A stretch of DNA of 64,000 bases, from the NCBI GenBank assembly GCA_963798845.1, contig CAWCUS010000005.1, positions 135,572 to 199,571 on the forward strand, in the 5' to 3' direction. A model generated the notes under the pieces. It was not told the origin of the DNA. It was given only the letters and a program-made list of their open reading frames with translations, and searched no databases. Of this stretch, positions 21,063 through 27,678 are shown piece by piece (within the stretch, counting starts at the first letter, position 1; each line of letters opens with the position of its first letter). Source of the DNA: an uncultured Gemmatimonadales bacterium (GTDB taxonomy: Bacteria; Gemmatimonadota; Gemmatimonadetes; Longimicrobiales; RSA9). A program made the position numbers and the translations under genes.

Positions 21063-22175
21063 TCACACCTTCACGGGCGTCCGTTCGAACGGAGCCACGG
21101 GGTTCAGGATGTTGCGGCACTCGGGGTTCGTGCACCCGGGGCAGCGCAGACCGTACTGCCGCGAACACGCCTCTCCGGCGCGCATGTGCTCCAGCACGAT
21201 GTCCGCCAGCGCCTCCTGGAACTCCGGGTCCGCGTTCAGAGAGGGCGCGCGGCGGAAGTTCTCTATCCCCACCTCGTGCGCCAGCTCGCCGTACTCGATG
21301 TCGATCTCCGAAAGCGTCTCGATGTGGTCGCTCGTGAAGGCGATTCCCACCACCAGGACGTCCCTCTGTCCCTTCGCCCCCAGGTCCTTGATCACCTGTT
21401 CCGTGCTCGGACCCTGCCAGCGCACCGGGCCTACCTCCGACTGGTACGAAAGCAGGTACCGATTCGCGAAACCGCCCGCCTTCATCACCTCGTGCACGCT
21501 CGCACCCACCTCCTGCGGGTACGGGTCGCCTCGGTCGATGATCGACAGCGGCAGAGAGTGCGCGCTGAACAGCAGCAGAACGTCGTCCCGCGCCTCCGCC
21601 GCCCACGTCTCCAGTCCTTCCCTGACCTTTTTCGCCATCGCCGCCACGAAGCCCCAATGCGTCGGCCAGCGGTCGATCACGCTCCAGCGGAACGCTTCCC
21701 GCATCCCGAGCCGCTCCGCCGCTCGCCACAGCTCGTTCAGGCTCGACCCCGTCGTCGCACACGAGAACTGCTGGTACTGCGTGAATGCCACCGCGCGCTC
21801 CACACCGTCCGCCTTCATCGCCGCCAGCGCGTCCTCGCTCCGAGGGTGGATGTAGCGGAATGCCACGTAGAACCGGTGCGGCGCCGTTTCCGGCGACAGT
21901 CGGTCCAGACGCTCCACCATCCCGGCACCCTGCTCTCGCGTCCACTTCAGGATCGGCGACCCGCCACCGATCCCCCGGTACAGCTCCTGGACGCCCTTCG
22001 TCCGCCGGTTCGCGATGAACGGACCCAGCCAGTCCTGCAGAGGCAGCTGGATGATCTCTCGATCGGCAAACAGCTCCAGCAGGAACGGGCGCACGTCCTC
22101 CAGGGTCTCCGGACCCCCGAGGTTCAGCATCACGATCCCTGTCCCTCCAGATTTCCCCTCCCCCTTCGTCCCCAT
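21063..22175 (-). CDS. hemH: Ferrochelatase with a Cys-rich C-terminal extension
   Basis: The protein contains GIVMLNLGGPETLEDVRPFLLELFADREII..., ...LLFSAHSLP... and ...AFTSDHIETLSEIDIEY. The ORF is trimmed to the ATG at 22173-22175; the start is uncertain by about 15 codons. The C-terminus reads ACSRQYGLRCPGCTNPEC. Confidence 0.88.
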   Translation of the reverse strand: MGTKGEGKSGGTGIVMLNLGGPETLEDVRPFLLELFADREIIQLPLQDWLGPFIANRRTKGVQELYRGIGGGSPILKWTREQGAGMVERLDRLSPETAPHRFYVAFRYIHPRSEDALAAMKADGVERAVAFTQYQQFSCATTGSSLNELWRAAERLGMREAFRWSVIDRWPTHWGFVAAMAKKVREGLETWAAEARDDVLLLFSAHSLPLSIIDRGDPYPQEVGASVHEVMKAGGFANRYLLSYQSEVGPVRWQGPSTEQVIKDLGAKGQRDVLVVGIAFTSDHIETLSEIDIEYGELAHEVGIENFRRAPSLNADPEFQEALADIVLEHMRAGEACSRQYGLRCPGCTNPECRNILNPVAPFERTPVKV

Positions 22176-22579
22176 CTCTTTCCCGTTTGCGCCTGTTTCC
22201 GATTCGGCCCGACGGCCACCGTCGGCCGAAAGCTCGCACAAGCCCCGGAGCGCAACAAGACGCGCCATTCCTGCCCTGGCGCCCCGCCGCCGCCCTATCC
22301 GCGCGCAATTTCGCTCACCCGGCCACCGGGTACTACCCGGAGTTGCACCATTCTGCCGTCGGGACACCTCGGCGGGACGGTGTGGGAAGATCCCTTACGC
22401 GCGGGAGCGAGGATGCCGCACGCCGCGGCGGATACCCCTTGTCCGGGGTTTCCCCGCTCGCCTGCGCCCGCTCCTCATCGCGCGAAGCGCGCGCGCCCGC
22501 GTTCGCGCACGCCGAGGACGGGCGGGGCGCGTTCGCAGGAGCCAGCGACCCGCGCTGGCGGCGCGGGGCCGGGGCCCGA

Positions 22580-23245
22580 TCAGGCGGCAGCGGCGGTGCG
22601 GATGGCCTGGATGTTTTCGGCGATGGAGCCGGTTCCGCGGAAGACGGCGGCGCCGGCCACGAGGACGGTGGCGCCGGCGGCGACGACGTCGAGCGCGGTG
22701 TCGGGGGCGATTCCGCCGTCGACCTCGATCTCGACGTCGTCGCGGCCGGCCTCGCGGAGGAGGGCGGCCACGCGTCGTATCTTGGCGGGGGTGGAGGTGA
22801 TGAAGCGCTGGCCGCCGAACCCCGGGTTCACGCTCATGACCAGGACCATGTCCAGGAATGGAGCGATGTCCTGGAGCAGGATGGCCGGAGAGCTCGGATT
22901 GAGCGAGACGCCCGCGCGCATGCCGTGGTGATGGATGGTTTCCAGCGTGCGGTGGAGGTGGACGGACGCTTCCTGGTGGACGGTGAGGAAGTCGGCGCCG
23001 GCGTCGGCGAACGCTTCCACGTATCGCTCCGGGGCCTCGATCATGAGATGGACGTCGAGGGGGAGCTCGGTGGTCTTGCGGATAGCCGCCACGACGGGCG
23101 GTCCGATGGTGATGTTGGGAACGAAGCGCCCGTCCATTACGTCCACGTGGATCCAGTCGGCGCCGCCGGCCTCGGCAGCGGCCACTCCGTCGGCGAGACG
23201 AGCGAAGTCGGCGGACAGGATCGAGGGTGCGATCTTCACGCTCAC
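22580..23245 (-). CDS. rpe: Ribulose-phosphate 3-epimerase
   Basis: The protein contains VKIAPSILSADFARLADGVAAAEAGGADWIHVDVMDGRFVPNITIG and ...MSVNPGFGGQ.... The GTG start at 23243-23245 overlaps the rpiA stop (GTGA). Confidence 0.9.
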   Translation of the reverse strand: MSVKIAPSILSADFARLADGVAAAEAGGADWIHVDVMDGRFVPNITIGPPVVAAIRKTTELPLDVHLMIEAPERYVEAFADAGADFLTVHQEASVHLHRTLETIHHHGMRAGVSLNPSSPAILLQDIAPFLDMVLVMSVNPGFGGQRFITSTPAKIRRVAALLREAGRDDVEIEVDGGIAPDTALDVVAAGATVLVAGAAVFRGTGSIAENIQAIRTAAAA

Positions 23246-23940
23246 GGCGTGCCTCCACGCTGAAGCAGGCGAGTGCCTTCCGGTCCGCCGACCACGACGG
23301 TGTCGGCCATGTTGATGAAGAGCCCGGTCTCCACGACTCCCGTCAGGGATCGGATCTCCCGCTCGACGACAGGGCCGTCCAGGCCGGCGTCGAAGCGGCA
23401 GTCGAGGATGAAATGGCCGCCGTCGGTGCGGAAGGGCTGGCCGTCGTCGCGCTGGCGGAGCGTCGGGTCGGCGCCGATCTCGCGGATCTCGGGCAGCAGG
23501 GTACGCCAGCCGAAGGGCACCACTTCCACCGGAAGCGGCGATCGGGATCCGAGCCGCTGCACCAGCTTGGAGTCGTCGACCACGATGACCAGACGATCGC
23601 TGGCGGACGCGACGATCTTCTCCCACAGGAGGGCGCCGCCGAGCCCCTTGATGAGGTCGAGGGCGGGGTCTACTTCATCGGCGCCGTCGAGGGTGAGGTC
23701 GAGGCGGGGCGTATCGTCCAGCGTGGAGAGCGGGATTCCGAGTTCCGCCGCCCTGGCCCGCGTGTCGCTCGATGTGGGCACGCCGACCACGTGCCGCAGC
23801 TCGCCGCCTTCGCGGCGGGCGGCGAGGGCTTCGAGAACGAGGCGCGCAGTGGAGCCGGTGCCGAGACCCAGCTTCATGCCGTCCTCCACCAGCGCTACCG
23901 CCCGTTCGGCTGCCTGTCGCTTGCGCTCGTCCTGACGCAT
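23242..23940 (-). CDS. rpiA: Ribose-5-phosphate isomerase A
   Basis: The protein begins MRQDERKRQAAERAVALVEDGMKLGLGTGSTARLVLEAL and also contains ...DGADEVD..., ...KGLGGALLWEK... and ...VVVDDSKLV. The ORF is trimmed to the ATG at 23938-23940. Confidence 0.88.
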   Translation of the reverse strand: MRQDERKRQAAERAVALVEDGMKLGLGTGSTARLVLEALAARREGGELRHVVGVPTSSDTRARAAELGIPLSTLDDTPRLDLTLDGADEVDPALDLIKGLGGALLWEKIVASASDRLVIVVDDSKLVQRLGSRSPLPVEVVPFGWRTLLPEIREIGADPTLRQRDDGQPFRTDGGHFILDCRFDAGLDGPVVEREIRSLTGVVETGLFINMADTVVVGGPEGTRLLQRGGTP

Positions 23941-24051
23941 CGTCCTCCAGCGGGCGCATCGCGCTCTCGCGGCGCCGGGTTGCCTGCTCGTTCGGGTCGG
24001 GATCGGACGTCCCGGCGAACGGCCAATGTACGGCTCCTGCAACCCGGGTGC

Positions 24052-24090
24052 AAAAGAGAAAACGCCCGATCGGCATGGCCGATCGGGCGT
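24052..24090 (-). terminator. Intrinsic terminator downstream of the outer-membrane protein gene
   Basis: The minus strand has the hairpin ACGCCCGATCGGC-CAT-GCCGATCGGGCGT followed by TTTCTCTTTTG. It lies 27 nt after the stop codon. Confidence 0.8.
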
Positions 24091-24116
24091 TTCCCGTTGG
24101 TTCCCGGAAGCGGGTG

Positions 24117-25469
24117 CTAGCGGTCCTTCTTGCGGACCTGCTCCACCTGCCGCACGGTCTGGAAGACGCACCCGGTCGGGCGCAGCGGCACGTACAGGTA
24201 CTGCGCGTCCTCGAGGGCATCACGCAGCTCCGGGGACTGCTTGATCATGGCGCTCAGGTCATTGTCCATCTGCTGACCGCGCAGCCCTTCCAGCTGGCCG
24301 CTCACGGCAGAGACGTCACCGCTGGAGGCGTAGACCGGCACGCCCCGAACGTTCCCCAGGTACGTGAGGTCGTTCTGGTCGATGATCCGCGCCGACTGCC
24401 AGGTGGTGTATTCCATGTCCACGTTCCGCGCCACGTTGATCGTCAGGGGCTGACCCTGGACGAACCAGTCCGCGTCGCTGGCCATGGTCACCGTCGGCAG
24501 CGTCGAGGCCAGAGGCTGACGCTGGCCGGTCACGTCCACCACCGTGTCGCGTGACTCCGGCAGGTAGATCGCGTTCACCGTGCGGATGCCGCTCGGTGCG
24601 CCCGGATCCACCACGCACACGCTCACGTTCTCCTCGGCGGGCTTCGGCGCCGGCTGCGGCGCAGGTGCCGGGGCAGGCGCAGGCGCCGGCGGGGCCGGGG
24701 CCACGGCCACGACCTCGGGCGCTTCGAGGCCCATGAGGAACTGCGCGCCGATCTGGCCGTAGATCATGTGCTGGATCTTCGCCACGTTGTCCTCGAAACT
24801 CGGACCGGCCACGATCGGCGGACGCGAGACCCGGTCACCGAGCTCCAGGCGGACGCCGAAATGGTCCGCCAGCCGCAGGTCGGTGCCCAGCGCAGCCAGA
24901 CCCATGAACTTCGGCTTCTCGAGGAGTGCCACCGTGCGGGTGCCACCCGTGCCCGGCACGTCGACCAGCTCACCCGTCTTCGCGTCGGTGGACGTCGGGT
25001 TCACGACCTTGTCGCCGGCCGGGTTGTACCACATGGCACCCGCGCCGAGGGCGAGATACGGCCGTCCGATCGCGCTGTTCCCCGATGTGAGGCGGAACAG
25101 CAGATCGCCCGAGCCCGTCCAAAGGTTCACGTCCTCGATGAGGTCGTTCGAGTCCGTGGTCGGGTCCAGCTCATCCCAGCTCCCCTTCACCAGCGGCCGT
25201 TCGGTGTAGGTCCCGTTCGCACGAATCCCCACGCGGTCCGTGGCCCACCACGTCAGCTGCGAGCCGACCAGCCAGCCGGACTCGAACTTCACGTTGTTGT
25301 TGTTGGTCTGGGCCGCATCCACGTCCAGGGCGTCCGTGTACCACGCGTACCCGCCGTTGACCCCGAAGTCGAGCCGGTAATCCGGCCGCTCCTGGGCGTT
25401 CGCCGGCGTCGCGGAGAACAACCCCACCATGGCTACTGCTCCGGCAGCCAACAGTGTCTGCTTCATCAT
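24117..25469 (-). CDS. Outer-membrane beta-barrel protein (OmpA-like N-terminus), Pro/Ala linker, unrecognised C-terminal domain
   Basis: The ORF is trimmed to the ATG-ATG at 25464-25469, preceded by GAGGAGA. There is a signal peptide (MMKQTLLAAGAVAMVGLFSATPANAQ). Alternating aromatic beta-strands follow (DFGVNGGYAWY, WLVGSQLTWWA, GIRANGTYTERP, GDLLFRL and others). The linker is APAPPAPAPAPAPAPQPAPKPA. A ~170-aa C-terminal domain follows, in which I see no OmpA-C peptidoglycan-binding motif. Confidence 0.7.
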   Translation of the reverse strand: MMKQTLLAAGAVAMVGLFSATPANAQERPDYRLDFGVNGGYAWYTDALDVDAAQTNNNNVKFESGWLVGSQLTWWATDRVGIRANGTYTERPLVKGSWDELDPTTDSNDLIEDVNLWTGSGDLLFRLTSGNSAIGRPYLALGAGAMWYNPAGDKVVNPTSTDAKTGELVDVPGTGGTRTVALLEKPKFMGLAALGTDLRLADHFGVRLELGDRVSRPPIVAGPSFEDNVAKIQHMIYGQIGAQFLMGLEAPEVVAVAPAPPAPAPAPAPAPQPAPKPAEENVSVCVVDPGAPSGIRTVNAIYLPESRDTVVDVTGQRQPLASTLPTVTMASDADWFVQGQPLTINVARNVDMEYTTWQSARIIDQNDLTYLGNVRGVPVYASSGDVSAVSGQLEGLRGQQMDNDLSAMIKQSPELRDALEDAQYLYVPLRPTGCVFQTVRQVEQVRKKDR

Positions 25470-25692
25470 CTGAGGTCTCCTCGATCGAAGGATTCCATCG
25501 GTTTCTTCTCTTCTCCTGCCCGGCGCCATTCGTGACGGTCGGGTCGTGGACTCGTGCGGGATCGGAAGCACCGCGACCGCGGTGTTCGTCCCGCGTCCGG
25601 CGCAGGAAGTGTGCAATCCCGGTGCCACGATACCGTCAGGCGCGGCAGGCACAAAGTGCCGGCTTCGCAGTGGATTGCGTTGTGCCGTCCGG

Positions 25693-25723
25693 GAAAAGTG
25701 CGTGCGCCGGTGGTGGCACACGC
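25693..25723 (-). terminator. Intrinsic terminator downstream of the 25730-26395 gene
   Basis: The minus strand has the hairpin GCGTGTGCC-ACCACC-GGCGCACGC (one mismatch) followed by ACTTTTCCC. Confidence 0.55.
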
Positions 25724-25729
25724 CCGGGA

Positions 25730-26395
25730 TCACTCGGGGTGGAGGGGTCCAGCAGTCTCGTGGTGTGCGGGCAGGCCCGCTCCTTCGCGGGCGGCGGCGA
25801 GGCCGGAGCCGTGGGCGGGAAGCACGTCATCGGCGATCCGCGAGAGCGCGAGGTAATAGGTGACCTCGGCCACGGATTCCCGCACATCGAGCGCGTCGAG
25901 ATACAGCTCCACGGCCTTGCGGTCTTCCAGCTCGTCGCCGAGGAAGTCGGCGAACTGGAGCGCGTTCTCCACGTGCGTGTGGATGAGCGCCACCTCGGTC
26001 CGGGCGGCGATCAGCTCGACGCGGTGCCGAAGGCCCTCGTTGACGCGCCCGCGCAGGCGCGCTCGGAGGTGGCCGAAAAGCGATCGTCCGTTCCCCTCCT
26101 CCGGCTCGGGTCCGGGGTCGGGGGGCTCCACGATCTCGGCCCAGTCGTGACCGGATTCGGCCTTCTCGCCGAGGATGGCCAGGGCACGGCTGGACAGGTT
26201 GTGGGCTTCGTCCTCATCGAGCCGCAGGAGCCGGGAATAGATCTCGAGGGCATCGGTGAAGCTCACTTCCTCATTCACGAGCGCGATGAGGTCGAGGGCG
26301 TGCTCGACGTGGGTCGACAGGAGCTTCTCCTGCGCCACTGCGACGGCAAGCTCGACGCGCTTCCGCGCCCGTTCCGAAAGGCCCTTCGAGAACAC
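25730..26395 (-). CDS. Hypothetical helical protein with an internal two-fold repeat
   Basis: 221 aa from the GTG at 26393-26395, which is preceded by GGAG with a 7-nt spacer. Third-position GC is high throughout. Two homologous halves are visible: RKRVELAVAVAQEKLLSTHVEHALDLIALVNEE and RHRVELIAARTEVALIHTHVENALQFADFLGDE. I do not recognise any family. It is divergent from greA. Confidence 0.6.
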   Translation of the reverse strand: MFSKGLSERARKRVELAVAVAQEKLLSTHVEHALDLIALVNEEVSFTDALEIYSRLLRLDEDEAHNLSSRALAILGEKAESGHDWAEIVEPPDPGPEPEEGNGRSLFGHLRARLRGRVNEGLRHRVELIAARTEVALIHTHVENALQFADFLGDELEDRKAVELYLDALDVRESVAEVTYYLALSRIADDVLPAHGSGLAAAREGAGLPAHHETAGPLHPE

Positions 26396-26554
26396 GGCGA
26401 TACTCCGGTTCGTTGGCGAGGTGGGGCGAAGCCAGCCCCTTTGGACAGTCGCGAGCGGGCGCAAGTTCTGTTCCCTGCGGCGGGCCGACACCGCTCCCGC
26501 CGCCGCGCGCCAAGGCGGGTTCCGCTCGGGGTCCGCGGCAGCTATCTTGGCGCC

Positions 26555-27025
26555 ATGCTCGACGAGATCATCGCCAAGCTGGAATCGGAAGTCGCGCACC
26601 TGCAGCACGAGCTGCAGGTGGAGCTGCCACAGCGGATCAAGACCGCCGTGGAGCATGGCGACCTGCGGGAGAACGCGGACTACAAGTCGGCGCTGGAGCG
26701 CCAGCAGTTCGTCCAGGCCCGCCTGGGTCAGCTCACCAATCGGCTGCGCGAGCTTTCGAACATCGACGTGACCGGGATCCCTCGGGACCGGGCGGGGTTC
26801 GGCAGCTGGCTGCGAGTGCGCGACGGCTCCGGCGACGAATACGAGTACACCATCGTCGCCGGCGACTTCATGGATCTGGACGCGGGGCACATCTCCATGG
26901 CCTCGCCCCTGGCGCGCGGCCTCATGGGAGCGAAGCAGGGCGAGACTGTGGTCGTCCAGCTGCCGGCCGGCGAACGGTCGTTCGAGATCATGGAGCTCAG
27001 GACGCTCCCTGAGACGCTCGACTAA
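26555..27025 (+). CDS. greA: Transcription elongation factor GreA
   Basis: 156 aa from the ATG at 26555. It contains ...AVEHGDLRENADYKSALERQQFVQARLGQL and a C-terminal FKBP-like domain (...ISMASPLARGLMGAKQGETVVVQLPAGERSFEIMEL). Confidence 0.88.
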   Translation: MLDEIIAKLESEVAHLQHELQVELPQRIKTAVEHGDLRENADYKSALERQQFVQARLGQLTNRLRELSNIDVTGIPRDRAGFGSWLRVRDGSGDEYEYTIVAGDFMDLDAGHISMASPLARGLMGAKQGETVVVQLPAGERSFEIMELRTLPETLD

Positions 27026-27261
27026 CCCACCATCTCCCGGTCGTTCGATGGGTACTTCGCCGCACTGTCATCGCCCCACTTGATGAGGGTGTGACCGAGC
27101 GGGGCCGTGGCCACGAGCTCGCCTTCCCCCCCGTTCTCGTCCGTGGTGAAGATCTCCACCACCCCCACCTCGGCGTGCAGCCGGACGTACACGTCCTGGT
27201 AGTCGTCCTGCTCCGACTCCAGCACCACCACGCGCACCGCGCGCCCCGATTCTCTCACCAC
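27022..27261 (-). CDS. Hypothetical small acidic protein
   Basis: 79-aa ORF with a GTG-GTG start preceded by GGGAGG and with high GC3. It is convergent with greA and overlaps it by 4 nt. I do not recognise any family. Confidence 0.5.
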   Translation of the reverse strand: MVRESGRAVRVVVLESEQDDYQDVYVRLHAEVGVVEIFTTDENGGEGELVATAPLGHTLIKWGDDSAAKYPSNDREMVG

Positions 27262-27375
27262 TGCCTCCCTCGCACCAGCGTCAGCGTTCCGAACCCGTCT
27301 GGCCCTTCCGCAAGATGGCTCTTATGGTGCCGGGCCGCGAGGGCACCGGCGGGCGCTCGCCCGGGTCGCAGGCCG

Positions 27376-27421
27376 AAAAACTGGGAAGGCCGGGTTCCCG
27401 CTGCGGGGATCCCGGCCTTCC
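27376..27421 (-). terminator. Intrinsic terminator after the tRNA-Gly/tRNA-Cys pair
   Basis: The minus strand has a long hairpin, GGAAGGCCGGGATCCCCGC-AG-CGGGAACCCGGCCTTCC, followed by CAGTTTTTC. Confidence 0.75.
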
Positions 27422-27427
27422 TTCCAG

Positions 27428-27498
27428 AGGGCCCGGCCGGATTCGAACCGGCGTTCAAGGATTTGCAGTCCTCTGCCTAACCACTTGGCTACGGGCCC
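27428..27498 (-). tRNA. tRNA-Cys (anticodon GCA)
   Basis: The reverse complement reads GGGCCCGTAGCCAAGTGGTTAGGCAGAGGACTGCAAATCCTTGAACGCCGGTTCGAATCCGGCCGGGCCCT. The acceptor stem is GGGCCCG/CGGGCCC and the anticodon loop is CTGCAAA. Confidence 0.9.
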
Positions 27499-27534
27499 GA
27501 ACAAACGGCCCCGGCACGAACCGGGGCCGTCGAG

Positions 27535-27607
27535 AGCGGGACACCGGACTCGAACCGGCGACCTTCTGCATGGCAAGCAGACGCTCTACCAACTGAGCTA
27601 GTCCCGC
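27535..27607 (-). tRNA. tRNA-Gly (anticodon GCC)
   Basis: The reverse complement reads GCGGGACTAGCTCAGTTGGTAGAGCGTCTGCTTGCCATGCAGAAGGTCGCCGGTTCGAGTCCGGTGTCCCGCT. The anticodon loop is TTGCCAT. Confidence 0.9.
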
Positions 27608-27678
27608 GAAAATTCCTGACGTTTCCGAGCAGGAGTCTATGCCAAGGGGTGCCGCGCGTCAACCGTTCGGGCGGCCTT

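Noticed and set aside
22339-22349. GGUGCAACUCC on the minus strand upstream of hemH, resembling the GGUGC(G/A)AAUCC core of cobalamin riboswitches.
   Set aside because: The other conserved elements are absent or in the wrong order. These are the AGGGAA immediately upstream, CCCGCCACUGU, and the GCCAGGAGACC B12 box. A B12 riboswitch on a heme operon also has no precedent I know of. A covariance-model scan would settle it.
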